This document shows, piece by piece, positions 24,379-35,688 of a stretch of 64,000 bases of DNA. The stretch spans positions 64,001-128,000 of the forward strand of contig CAWJKT010000003.1 in NCBI GenBank assembly GCA_963843375.1, written 5' to 3'. Position numbers and translations under genes: made by a program. The stretch comes from an uncultured Pseudomonadota bacterium (GTDB taxonomy: Bacteria > Oederibacteriota > Muellerivitia > Muellerivitales > Muellerivitaceae). Every line of letters begins with the position of its first letter. The stretch's first letter is position 1. A model generated the notes under the pieces. It saw only the letters and a program-made list of their open reading frames with translations, was not told where the DNA came from and searched no databases.

Positions 24379-25137
24379 ATGAAAATTCTTTTGACCAATG
24401 ATGACGGTATTAATGCCTCCGGCCTCAAGGCCCTTTACGAAGCGGTTAAGACTTTAGGTGACGTGGCCGTTTCAGCCCCGGATAAGCAAGCCAGTGCCAC
24501 GGGCCATTCCATTTCCCTCAACACTCCATTTCGGGTTTTTTCCCCTGCATGGTCCAATGTTCATAATTCCTATAGCGTCTCCAGTACCCCCGCGGATTGT
24601 GTGAGAACGGCTGTTTTAAAGCTATTGCCATGGAAACCCGATTTAGTGATTTCAGGCATCAACCAGGGGGCTAATTATGGTTCCCTCATTTTTTATTCGG
24701 GTACGGTGGCTGCGGCCGCTGAAGCGGTTTTATTAGGAATTCCGTCCATGGCTATTTCATTGACAAGTCATACCTTTAAAGATTTTTCGGTCAGCGCCCA
24801 GTTTGCCAAAAAAATCGCCCAATGGATTAGTGAGAAAGGTTTGGGCCCTGGAGTTTTCCTAAATGTAAATGTCCCCCCGCTTGGCCGCAAAGAGATCAAA
24901 GGGGTGGTTTTGACTCATCAGGGTCAATTCCGCCATATTGACGATTTGGAACATCACAAAGATTTAGAAGGCCATTTTAATTATATTTTAAATAGCCCCA
25001 GCGAACCATCTCTTGAGCATCCTGAGTCCGATGTTGCTAAGGTGAACGAAGGTTATGTTTCGGTAACTCCTCTTCATTTGGATTTGACCGCAAAACATCA
25101 ATTTCCTTATTTCTCCGATTGGCCTTGGGAGGTCTGA
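24379..25137 (+). CDS. surE: 5'/3'-nucleotidase SurE
   Basis: ILLTNDDG, TPADCV, SGINQGAN, YSGTVAAA, GYVSVTPL. Confidence 0.95.
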   Translation: MKILLTNDDGINASGLKALYEAVKTLGDVAVSAPDKQASATGHSISLNTPFRVFSPAWSNVHNSYSVSSTPADCVRTAVLKLLPWKPDLVISGINQGANYGSLIFYSGTVAAAAEAVLLGIPSMAISLTSHTFKDFSVSAQFAKKIAQWISEKGLGPGVFLNVNVPPLGRKEIKGVVLTHQGQFRHIDDLEHHKDLEGHFNYILNSPSEPSLEHPESDVAKVNEGYVSVTPLHLDLTAKHQFPYFSDWPWEV

Positions 25138-25204
25138 TTCCAAGGAAAAACATAATTCAACTGGCTGTCTGCCTCGCAAGATTTCCATGCGCAAAAGGTT
25201 TTTA

Positions 25205-25426
25205 ATGAGAGAACGAATCGAAAAAGTTTTGGATGAAATCCGCGCTATCCTTAAGGTCGATGGGATTGACATCGAGCTTATCCAGATTACCGAGGATGGA
25301 GTCGTCCAAGTCCATCTCCGCGGCGCCTGTGCCACTTGTACCGATTCCATCATGACTTTAAAGCAAGGGATTGAACGGTTTGTTATGGAACAAATTCCCG
25401 AAGTTCGAAAAGTAATCACGGTTTAA
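25205..25426 (+). CDS. NifU C-terminal (Nfu) domain Fe-S carrier
   Basis: IEKVLDEIR..L..DG.DIEL...LRGACATC...TLKQGIER. Confidence 0.88.
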   Translation: MRERIEKVLDEIRAILKVDGIDIELIQITEDGVVQVHLRGACATCTDSIMTLKQGIERFVMEQIPEVRKVITV

Positions 25427-25462
25427 TTTTTGGACCACACTCGGTCCGGAAATAGTTTTTTG

Positions 25463-25491
25463 TTGGTGGAACCCCTAAAGTTTCCTATACT
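25463..25491 (+). promoter_or_regulatory. candidate promoter of the pur cluster
   Basis: TTGGTG-N17-TATACT, about 165 nt upstream of purB. Confidence 0.4.
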
Positions 25492-25655
25492 GTCCTCGTT
25501 TTCCCCGGTTGTTTTCCTTTCCTCGCTCATCTGTGACGGCAGTTTTAAATGTTAAATTTTGAATTTTATATTGGAGTTGATTTCCGTCCGAAAGGGTGAA
25601 AATCCCCCCGGTTTAAAATTCAGGATTATCAATTTAGAATTTTAAGGGAGTCTTT

Positions 25656-26950
25656 TTGATACCGCGTTATACCTTGCCGGAAATGGGCGATCTCTGGTCC
25701 GAGCAGGCCAAATACGATACTTGGCTGAAAGTTGAGATTGCCGCCTGCGAAGCCTGGGCCCGTTTGGGCCGGATTCCCAAAAAAGATTTGGCGATCATCA
25801 AGAAAAAGGCAAAATTCTCCATCAAGCGGATCGAGGCCATCGAGCGAAAAACCAACCATGATTTGATATCTTTTTTAACTTCGGTTGCTGAAAATGTAGG
25901 CCCATCCTCCCGTTTTATTCACCTGGGGCTAACTTCCACTGATGTCGTGGACACTGCCCAGGCGCTCCAATTGGTCCCGGCTTCCGACCTTATCTTGACC
26001 AGCTAAAAAAACTCAGGGAAGTTTTGAAACGCCTGGCCAAAGAACACCGTTATTCCATGATGATTGGTCGCACCCATGGGGTGCATGCCGAGCCAGTCAC
26101 CTTCGGCCTCAAGATGGCCCTTTGGCACGAGGAAATCGGCCGCCAAATCGATCGTTTGAACTTGGCCCGGGAACAGGTGGCAGTGGGGATGATTTCCGGG
26201 GCCGTAGGGACATTCGCCAACATCGATCCCCGGGTAGAAAAGCATGTTTGCCAATCCCTTGGTTTGAAGCCTGCCGCTGTTTCCACCCAAACACTCCAAC
26301 GGGACCGTCACGCCTTTTTCCTTTCGGTTTTGGCGGTGAATCGCCTCCTCATTGGAAAAGTTTGCCACTGAAATCCGGAATCTCCAACGCACCGAGATAC
26401 TGGAAGTCGAGGAGCATTTTGCCGAAGGCCAAAAGGGTTCCTCCGCCATGCCGCACAAGCGCAATCCCCTGACCGCCGAAAGGGTGGCTGGATTGGCCCG
26501 GGTCATGCGGGGATATGCTCTTGCCGCCCAGGAAAATGTTGCGCTTTGGCATGAGAGGGATATCACCCATTCTTCGGCCGAACGCATTATTCTGCCTGAC
26601 GCGACGATCCTTCTTCATTACATGCTTGCCAAGTTCATCGATGTCATGGAAAAACTCAACATCTATCCCGAGCGTATGAAGCGAAATATTCAGCTCACCC
26701 GGGGATTGGTTTCTTCCCAACAGGTCCTTTTAGCCCTGGTGAAAAGGGGTTGTACACGTGAAAAGGCTTATGCCATTGTCCAGCGAAACGCTTTGAACGC
26801 CTGGAAAAATGAGGCTAATTTCAGGCAGTTGATCGAAGCCGATCCGGATGTCACAAAATATTGGATCCGTCGGAGATAGAAGAGTGTTTTAACCTTTCCT
26901 ATCACATGAAGAACGTGGATTATATCTTGAAGCGGGCGGGAATTCTGTAA
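25656..26950 (+). CDS. purB: adenylosuccinate lyase (frameshifts near 26000, 26340 and 26860)
   Basis: MIPRY start, IHLGLTSTD, GRTHGVHAEP, GSSAMPHKRNP, WHERDITHSSAER. Reconstructed end YILKRAGIL*. Confidence 0.94.
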
Positions 26951-26997
26951 AGTAATTCCCGGGATTGAATTAAAAATTAAAAATCGGAGACAACGGT

Positions 26998-27252
26998 ATG
27001 GGCTGGCATGTAAGTGTTTATGTTACCTTAAAACCCTCGGTTCAAGATCCCCAAGGGGCGACGGTCCAGAGGGCTTTGAACCAGATGGGTTATAAAAGCG
27101 TCCAGGGTGTACGGATGGGGAAGTTTACGGAACTTGAATTCGATGGGACTCTTCCGGAGGCTGATGTAAAAAAACAAGCGGACGAGATTTGCGACAAGCT
27201 TTTGGCCAATCCTAATATCGAATCCTATCGTTTCATTGTGGAGAAGAAATGA
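26998..27252 (+). CDS. purS: FGAM synthase subunit PurS
   Basis: [25 protein letters not shown]. Confidence 0.95.
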   Translation: MGWHVSVYVTLKPSVQDPQGATVQRALNQMGYKSVQGVRMGKFTELEFDGTLPEADVKKQADEICDKLLANPNIESYRFIVEKK

Positions 27253-27948
27253 AGTTTTCCGTCACGGTTTTCCCGGGTTCCAATTGCGATCATGATTGTG
27301 AATATGTGATCCGGGAAGTCATGGGCCAGAAAGTCGAAATGATATGGCACAAGCAGACCGACTTGAGGAATCCCGATTGCGTGGTGGTTCCCGGGGGATT
27401 TTCCTACGGGGATTACCTGCGGACTGGGGCCATTGCCCGTTTTTCCCCCGTGATGAAGTCGGTTGCTGATTTCGCCGCCAAAGGCGGTTTAGTGATCGGC
27501 ATCTGCAATGGTTTTCAAATACTTTGCGAGGCGGGTCTTTTGCCGGGAGCTCTCATCCGTAATAAAACACTTCAGTTCATCTGCAAGAATGTTTATATCA
27601 AGGTTGAACAGACCGACACGCCTTTCACGAACGCCTGTGAACTTGGCCAAGTCTTAAAAATCCCCATTGCCCATGGTGAAGGGAACTATTTCATCGATTC
27701 CGATGGACTTGAAAAAACTTAGGGAAAACCGCCAAGTCGTCGTTCGCTATTGCGATGCCCAAGGCCAATCGACCGTCGAAGCCAATCCCAACGGTTCGTT
27801 GGAGAACATTGCTGGTATTTGCAATGTAAGACGCAATGTTTTTGGGCTGATGCCCCATCCGGATCGATCTGCCGAGGATGTTTTGGGCAGCCATGACGGG
27901 CAATTCATCTGGAAGTCCATTTTGGCGGCCAAAGTGGGCGCATTATGA
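27249..27948 (+). CDS. purQ: FGAM synthase glutaminase PurQ (extra A near 27715)
   Basis: [43 protein letters not shown]. Confidence 0.95.
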
Positions 27949-30175
27949 GTTCCTCGATAATGGAGGTCGAAATCACCCCTCAGGTCATCAAAGAACATGG
28001 CCTTAAACCCGATGAATACGACCGGATCTGCAAGATTTTGGGCCGTAAACCCAATATCACTGAACTTGGGACTCTATTCGGTCATGTGGAGCGAACATTG
28101 TGGTTATAAGCATTCCAGGGCCTTTTGAAAACACTTCCAACGAAGGGCCCGAAGGTCCTACAAGGGCCCGGCGAAAACGCCGGTATCGTGGATATCGGCG
28201 AGGGTTGGGCGGTCGCCTTTAAGGTGGAATCCCACAACCATCCTTCGGCTATCGAACCTTACCAAGGGGCCGCCACAGGAGTGGGAGGCATTCTTCGGGA
28301 TATTTTCACCATGGGTGCCCGGCCCATCGCTTCCTTGAATTCACTTCGGTTTGGGCCTCTTTCCGACCCCAAGGTCAAAGGCTTTTTACGGGCGTGGTTC
28401 AGGGTATCGCGGATTACGGTAATTGTATGGGCATTCCGACGGTGGCTGGGGAAGTGGTGTTCGATGAAAGTTATTCCGAGAACTGTCTTGGTCAATGCCA
28501 TGTCGGTGGGGTTGGTGAGGCATGAGCATATCATCAAGGGGAAGGCTACTGGCGTGGGAAACCCGGTCATCTATATCGGGGCGACGACTGGGAGGGATGG
28601 GATTCACGGGGCGACTTTCGCCTCCACCGAGATCAGCGATGAATCCACCGAAAAGCGAAGCGCGGTCCAGGTGGCCGATCCTTTTATGGAAAAACTTTTA
28701 ATGGAAGCCACCCTGGAACTCATTCATGGCGACCTTTTGGTGGGAATCCAGGACATGGGCGCGGCGGGGCTAACTTGTTCTACCTGCGAAATGGCCAGCC
28801 GAGGCGGGGCGGGGATCGAGATCGACGTGGCCAAGGTTCCCAAACGCGAAAAGGGAATGACGCCTTATGAAATTCTGCTTTCCGAATCCCAAGAGCGCAT
28901 GCTTCTGGTGGCCAAGCCGGGTTGCGAACAAAAAGTCCATGATGTTCTGGCCAAGTGGGACTTGCACGCGGCCACTATCGGCGTAGTGACGGATACGGGC
29001 CGTATGGTGGTAAAAGAAAACGGAAAAGTCGTGGCGGACGTCCCCGCCGATTCCTTGACCGAGGCGCCTGTCTATCATCCGGCCAAGAGCGAACCGGCGA
29101 TCTTGAAAAAGCACCGGGAGTTCGACGAATCCATTGTTCCGATTCCGAACAGACTGCAGGCTGTCCTGGAAAAACTTCTTTCCGACCCCACGATTGCCAG
29201 CAAACGTTGGGTTTACCAGCAATACGACCATATGGTCCGCTCCAATTCCCTCGTGCGGCCTGGTTCCGATGCGGCGGTCATTCGGGTAAAAGGGACTTCA
29301 TTGGGATTGGCCATGACCATTGACGGTTTGGGTTCCTATTGCGCCCTGGACCCTTACGAGGGAGCCAAGATCGTGGTGGCGGAAGCGGCCCGTAATATCG
29401 CCTGTTCTGGTGCGGAATCCATCGGAATGACTGATTGTCTGAATTTCGGAAGCCCGGAAAAACCCGAAGTTTATTATTATTTTGACCGGGTAATCGCCGG
29501 GTTAGGCGATGCCTGTCGGGCCTTTAATATTCCCATTACCGGCGGGAATGTCTCCCTTTACAACGAAAATCCTTCGGGTGCGATTGATCCGACTCCCATC
29601 GTGGGGATGATGGGTCTTTTTTCAAATGTGGATAAAGCCGTGACCCAATGGTTCAAAGAAGATGGCGATTTTGTTTATTTATTGGGGAATATCGGGGATT
29701 CCATCGGTGGAAGCCGTTATTTACAGCTCGTCCATGGAAAAAAGACAGGGTCCTGTCCTAGATTGGATTTAGAAGTCGAGTTGAAATTGCATCAAGCCCT
29801 GAAGGCTCATGGCGGATGAAAAGATTCTTCAAAGCGCCCATGATTGTTCCGATGGCGGTTTTGCGGTGGCTTTGGCGGAATGCTGTATGACGGGCTTAAC
29901 CCATGAGGCAAAAACCCATGGAGCCAAGGTTACCTTGCCGGGTGCAGGACGGTTGGATGGCCGCCTTTTTGGGGAAGCCCAGTCAAGAGCGATTGTTTCC
30001 TGTAAACCGGCAATGGGGCTTCAAGTGGAAGCCCTGGCCAAGAAGTTTAGGTGTTCCTTGTGTGAAAATTGGCCAGGTCGGCGGGGATTCTTTGGTCATC
30101 GAAAATGTCATAAACGTATCCGTCAACTAATTGGCGGATTTGTTTTTTACCAGCATTGAAAAGATGATGGCCTAG
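27945..30175 (+). CDS. purL: FGAM synthase subunit PurL (several indels and one in-frame TAA at 30128)
   Basis: [66 protein letters not shown]. Confidence 0.94.
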
Positions 30176-30195
30176 CCATTCAAAAGGAGCATCCT

Positions 30196-31611
30196 GTGCC
30201 TCAGTTGTTAGATGATGATAAGCCCCACGATCAGTGTGGTGTTTTCGGGTATTTGGCCATCCGGAAGCGGCCAAGATCACCTATTTAGGATTGCATTCCC
30301 TTCAACACCGGGGCCAAGAATCCGCCGGTATTTGCACCATGGACGAGGGCCGACTTTACAATCACAAGCGCATGGGGTTAGTCGCGGACATTTTTGATGA
30401 GACCGCCTTTAAAGAACTGCCGGGCAAGGTAGCCATCGGCCATGTGCGCTATTCCACCACCGGATCCAGCCAACTGAGAAACGCTCAGCCCATCGCGGTG
30501 GAATACGCTCGAGGCAGTATCGCCATCGCCCATAACGGGAACCTGGTCAACGCCCGCCGTATCCGCGACGAATTGGAGGCCCGGGGTTCCATTTTTGTTT
30601 CCACCGTCGATTCGGAAGTCATCGTTCATCTTTTGGCCCGTTCCACCAACCATACCTTGATCGAGGGAGTCATCGAGTCCTTGCGCCAAGTGCGGGGAGC
30701 CTATTCGCTTCTCATATTGTCCGATGACGGCATGTTGGGCATGCGGGATCCCCATGGGTTCCGGCCTCTTTGTCTGGGCAAGCTGGGGGATTCCTATGTT
30801 TTGGCCAGCGAAACCTGCGCTTTTGACATCGTGGACGCCAAATACATCCGTGACGTGGAACCGGGCGAGATCGTTCTCATCAATGAGAATGGCCTGGTTT
30901 CCATCAAGCCCTTCGAGAAAATCCAGTCGGCCATGTGCATTTTCGAATATATCTATTTCGCCAGGCCCGATTCCCGTATTTACAATACCAGCGTACAAAA
31001 AGTCAGAAAGCGGTTGGGCGCCATTCTTGGCGCAAGAAGCTTATGTCGAGGCCGACGTGGTGGTTCCGGTCCCCGATTCTTCCAATATGGCGGCTACTGG
31101 GTTCGCCGAAGAAGCTAAAATTCCATACGAAATGGGGCTTATCCGGAATCATTACATTGGACGGACTTTTATTGAGCCCGACCAAGCCATCCGTGATTTT
31201 GGCGCCCGTTTAAAATATAACCCCGTTCGCGAGGCTATGGAAGGAAAGCGGGTCATCCTGATCGATGATTCCATCGTTCGGGGTACAACGATGCGTAAAA
31301 TCGTCAAAATGATTCGAAATGTGGGGGCCAAAGAAGTCCATCTGCGCATTACATCGCCGCCTATTATTTCTCCATGTTTTTATGGAATGGACTTTCCCAG
31401 CCGGAAGGAGCTGATCGCGGCCACGCATAGCTTGGATGAGATCAAGACCTACCTGCGGGTGGATAGTCTGGCTTATTTATCGGTGGAGGGAATGATGCGA
31501 GCGGTCGAGGGGACTCCCCAGGGTCATTGCGCAGCTTGTTTTACTGCCAAGTACCCGGTTCCATTCGATGAAGAGACCGAAAAATATAGTCTGGAAATCT
31601 CCAAGTGTTGA
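30196..31611 (+). CDS. purF: amidophosphoribosyltransferase (indels near 30248 and 31028)
   Basis: AAGGAG then GTG, short propeptide before [48 protein letters not shown] Fe-S cysteines. Confidence 0.95.
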
Positions 31612-31639
31612 AAAGGCTTTTCATTTCTGATGTTGGGGA

Positions 31640-32907
31640 CTAGTTTTCCGACGCGACTACTCTGTTGCGGCCTTTTTCCTTAGCTTCATAAAGGGAATGG
31701 TCGGCCCGTTTGATGACTTCTTCCGGAGTTTTTAAATTTTTCCCGGCAAAAGCGACTCCCGCACTGAATGTGATGTTCACCTTTTTGCCCCGGCGCTTGT
31801 CCTTTTTAAAGGGAATACTTATTCCATCGTAATTGGAGCTCCGTTTGCCGCGAAGAGTAAATTTTCGTCTTTTCCATCGATGTTCGGGCTTTTTCCATCA
31901 TTTCGACGGCCGATTCCTGGGTAGGACCTTCGAAAATCACGCAAAATTCCTCCCCGCCATATCGATAAACTCGGTCGCCCAAATATTCCTGAAGATGTTG
32001 AGCTACCATTCTTAGCACATTGTCCCCTTCGGAATGTCCATAGGTGTCGTTAAACTTCTTGAAATGGTCAATGTCAACCATGGCCAAGGCATAATGGCCC
32101 GAAAGAGTGTGAAGCCTCTCGTCCATTGCCTGCCGGTTGGAAACGGCGGTGAGAGGGTCCAAGATAGACTTTCTGAACATACATCCGCAACAAGGCGAAG
32201 AGGAGAACTCCCGTCATGGCGGCGAAGGCGATAATGATATGGGAAACCAGAGAAGTCTTTGTGGCGGTATTGCCGTTGATCAGGTTGGCCTGTATGCAAA
32301 AGAAGAAGGGTACGAATGTGGTCATGAGGGCAATCAGAAAAGATTTGATTTTTAGATCGGGAAGATACGTAATGACCAAAAGAAATATTCCGGTCGCCAC
32401 CCATGAAAGCTTGGGAATGGAGGTTGCCTGGGCAGGGGTAGCAGGCCCCCAGAAAAAAAGATTCTGAAATACATCCGGGGCCCAGCTAAATAGACAAACG
32501 AAAAGAAGGAAAGGGAAAAGGGCCAAGAGAAACCGGGCCAGACTCAGGTCGCTCCAAAGCCGACTTTCCTTAAAAAGATAAATTATGCACAGAGCGAGCG
32601 GATAAGACACGCTTACGATTTGAAGAGTTTGGGCCCAGCCTGTAGCTGTGACGGTGAAGATGTTAGGATGAAGGAGATAATAATAAAAAGCTAAGAGAAG
32701 GAGGGTGGACCAAAAGACGCGGGTTTGGTTGATTTGCCACCCCAGAATCGCGATCAAGGTGAGACCCACATAGGGAGCGAAAATAAGGAAATCAGTGATG
32801 GCGCGATGGGAGACGATTTCGGGGCTTAATGGAGGAAGAAAATAAAAAAAAAGCGGAACAAAACCGACTAAAAGGTATATGCAAGCCCATTTGGCTTTTT
32901 CGGACAC
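31640..32907 (-). CDS. multi-TM diguanylate cyclase (indels near 32160 and 31868)
   Basis: Multi-TM N-terminal region, then DPLT..NR, DIDHFKKFNDTYGH..GD, RYGGEEF, and ITFSAGVA...RADHSLYEAKEKGRNRV in the final frame. Confidence 0.88.
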
Positions 32908-33067
32908 GGTTGATCCTTAAGGGGAATTCAAGAAAGCGAACGGCTTAATTTAATGGTCCTGGAGTTATTTGTAAATGAAAGTCCGCGATTTAAAAGAGCA
33001 TCGGGTGGTTTTTGGGGGGCTTGTTGGATCGACTGCCCCCGACATATCAGATTGGATGGTTTCCTAG

Positions 33068-33877
33068 ATGGGGCTATTTAATATTTTTTCTAGAAAAAAA
33101 ACTGTTGAAAATGTCAATCTCGAAAAAGTGATGTTGGAAATGTCCCGGCATCCAGACATGAAAGTAAGACGAGTGTTATATTCTGAATTGTTGAAGAGCA
33201 TCCTACTTCTTCCAACTCCCGGCCCCTTGGAAGCGTCCTCAAGCGGAATTCCTTTGAAAGAAGTGCAACTAGTAACCCAGCCTGGTACCCAAAATGAGGT
33301 GGTTTGGATTGTTTTTACCAACAGGACCGCGCTTCAACAGTGGCGTCATCACCACGAGGATGCTTATATTGCGATCCAGGGAAGCTCGTTATTCGCGCTG
33401 GCGGTTCAAAACCGGGTGGAAAGTATTTTGATCAACCCAGCTGGGCCTATCGGCGGGAAAATCACGAGAATGGAATTGCAAATGTTGGCCGAAGGAACAT
33501 TTCCTGGGATGGGAGATGGCAAAACCCACACAATTGGAACCAAGGAACAGACCTCGATTAGGATGGGCACCCCGGTTGAACCCTTAAAACCGGGGTTGGC
33601 GGAATATCTCCATAATCATCTTGTTAAAAATGAAGAGGTGTTAGCCGGTTATGTGGCGGCGATGATAATCGGGAGGGGAAAGGCTCATTTAATCCTGGGC
33701 ATCGAATTCGTTTTGGTGCCCCACAAAAATGCCAAACCAATTATGGATGCCATTGCCCTCGATATTCATGCTTTATTAGGTGACGGTGAGTATTTAGATA
33801 TGGTTCCTTTTGACATAAACCACGAGTGGAATGAATCCCTTAAGAAGTTCGGGATATTAGTTTACCGAAAGCAATAA
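33068..33877 (+). CDS. SseB-family protein (SseB plus SseB_C-like domains)
   Basis: VFTNRTALQQW, ILINPAGP, C-terminal MGTPVEP...VLAGY...HLILGIEF. Confidence 0.75.
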   Translation: MGLFNIFSRKKTVENVNLEKVMLEMSRHPDMKVRRVLYSELLKSILLLPTPGPLEASSSGIPLKEVQLVTQPGTQNEVVWIVFTNRTALQQWRHHHEDAYIAIQGSSLFALAVQNRVESILINPAGPIGGKITRMELQMLAEGTFPGMGDGKTHTIGTKEQTSIRMGTPVEPLKPGLAEYLHNHLVKNEEVLAGYVAAMIIGRGKAHLILGIEFVLVPHKNAKPIMDAIALDIHALLGDGEYLDMVPFDINHEWNESLKKFGILVYRKQ

Positions 33878-33908
33878 AGATAGAATTTGCGTTGGGGTTT
33901 TAACGCGC

Positions 33909-34070
33909 TTAAGGCGTGGCGGTGGGTGTTGTGGTTGGTGTTGAGGTTGGATTGCCGTATTGAACGGGGTATTGAGGACCAACGGTGGGGCACCCTATAG
34001 AAATAAATGACAATAGGGAACAACCCGTGCAAAAAGCCAGGATGCGAGCCAGGATACGTAGGCGGTTCAT
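33909..34070 (-). CDS. 53-aa lipoprotein with Thr/Pro-rich tail (not in the ORF track)
   Basis: GAGGTG SD 4 nt before ATG. MNRLRILARILAFCTGCSLLSFISIGCPTVGPQYPVQYGNPTSTPTTTPTATP*: basic N-region, hydrophobic core, lipobox-like SIGC. Confidence 0.7.
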   Translation of the reverse strand: MNRLRILARILAFCTGCSLLSFISIGCPTVGPQYPVQYGNPTSTPTTTPTATP

Positions 34071-34477
34071 AATCACCTCACCGGGAATATAGATAACGCA
34101 AAATTATCTTACTTATGTCCCCAAGGTTCAAGGAAGCCTTGAAAAAATATAGAAGGCAATTCCATCCGAGGATCTAGATTTAGTTGAGTTTTATTGATTC
34201 TGGACATTGAATACAGGGTCTTAGTTATAAATCTTGATTGTTTTACGGCTAAAACATTGCCTGTTATTGGATGAAAAGCATTCGGCGCCTATCCGCGGTG
34301 TTTTGCCGGAAGGTTGTTCGAGTATTTACGGGATTTGGTCCTTATTTAAATATTAAGATTATTATTGTGTCGCGAATTCAGGATTGAAAGAACTCAAAAT
34401 TTACGATTCGAATATCTTTTTGAAAATTTTTAAATTGATTTGATTAATTCCTTTGAAACGTCTTAGGCTTTTACTTC

Positions 34478-34506
34478 TTGTCCTTCGCTCTAGAAGCCCT
34501 TACGAT
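34478..34506 (+). promoter_or_regulatory. candidate promoter for purM
   Basis: TTGTCC-N17-TACGAT. Confidence 0.45.
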
Positions 34507-34579
34507 AGGGCACGAATACGACTGTTTTCCCCTTCGCACTCAAAAATGATTTACAAAAGCTGGCGTCTAGGAGATTTAT

Positions 34580-35620
34580 ATGAAATCCGCAAAATCGGTT
34601 ACTTACAAATCCGCTGGAGTAAACATCGACGCCGGCAACGAAACCGTTAACCGCATCAAAAAACAAGTAGCCTCGACTTTTAATGAAAATGTATTGTCGG
34701 ATATCGGTCTCTTTGGCGGGTTGTTTGAATTCAAGTCGAAGAACTATAAAAAGCCAGTTCTTGTCTCTTCCACGGACGGTGTGGGGACCAAAATTCAAAT
34801 CGGCGTGGCCATGGGAAAGTTCAAAAGCCTGGGTCGTGACATTGTAGGCCATTCCATTAATGACATACTCGTACAAGGGGCCAAACCCCTTTTTTTCCTG
34901 GATTACCTCGCCGCGGGAAAGTTGGACCCAACGGTTGTTGAGGAGATCGTTTCCGGCATGGCGGAAGAATGTCGAAAGGCGGGGGTTGCCCTTATTGGTG
35001 GTGAAACGGCTGAAATGCCATCGGTGTATCGGGAAGGGGATTACGACATTGCCGGAACCATTGTTGGCGTCGTGGAAAAGAAAAAAATCATCCGGGGGGA
35101 AGAAGTGGAACCCGGAGATATTTGTATTGGATTACCATCCGTTTCCCTTCACACCAACGGCTATTCCCTGGCTCGAAAAATCGTTTTGGACGTGGTGGGG
35201 TTAAAATACACTGACCGAGTGTCCGAATTGAACGGAGTGATCGGGGACATCCTACTGACGCCCCACAAATCCTATTTCCATGAAATCTATCCAACATTGG
35301 ATGAGGTAAATATCAAGGCTATGGCCCATATCACGGGCGGGGGGTTAATTGATAATCCTCCCCGTGTACTTCCAGAGGGTTGCCGTATACGCTTTAAAGA
35401 GGGGTCCTGGAAGGTTTTGCCGGTTATGGACTGGCTCATCAAAAAGGGCAATGTTCCAATTGAAGACGCCTACCGGACCTTTAACATGGGATTGGGCATG
35501 GTGTTAATTGTCGGTCCTAAGAAGGTGGAAAAAGCCTTGAGGAAACTCAGAAAGAATGGTGCAAATCCCGTGGTTGTCGGAGAGGTCATAGAGGGGAAAA
35601 AAGGCGTGGAATTTGTCTGA
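34580..35620 (+). CDS. purM: AIR synthetase
   Basis: YKSAGVNI, STDGVGTK, GGETAEMP, HTNGYSL, HITGGGL, TFNMGLG. Confidence 0.97.
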   Translation: MKSAKSVTYKSAGVNIDAGNETVNRIKKQVASTFNENVLSDIGLFGGLFEFKSKNYKKPVLVSSTDGVGTKIQIGVAMGKFKSLGRDIVGHSINDILVQGAKPLFFLDYLAAGKLDPTVVEEIVSGMAEECRKAGVALIGGETAEMPSVYREGDYDIAGTIVGVVEKKKIIRGEEVEPGDICIGLPSVSLHTNGYSLARKIVLDVVGLKYTDRVSELNGVIGDILLTPHKSYFHEIYPTLDEVNIKAMAHITGGGLIDNPPRVLPEGCRIRFKEGSWKVLPVMDWLIKKGNVPIEDAYRTFNMGLGMVLIVGPKKVEKALRKLRKNGANPVVVGEVIEGKKGVEFV

Positions 35621-35688
35621 CTTTCATCCGACATGATGTTGGTTGTGGTTAAGCTCATTTGAGGTTGATGCCTTTTGCCCTACATACA

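Noticed and set aside
30128..30130. In-frame TAA near the purL end as stop-codon recoding
   Set aside because: It is a single case, and TAA, TAG and TGA all end genes normally here. It is probably a base error or a slightly short C-terminus.
34150..34579. Riboswitch or ORF in the long region before purM
   Set aside because: No recognisable aptamer core. The candidate promoter leaves only a short leader, and the short ORFs lack supporting signals.
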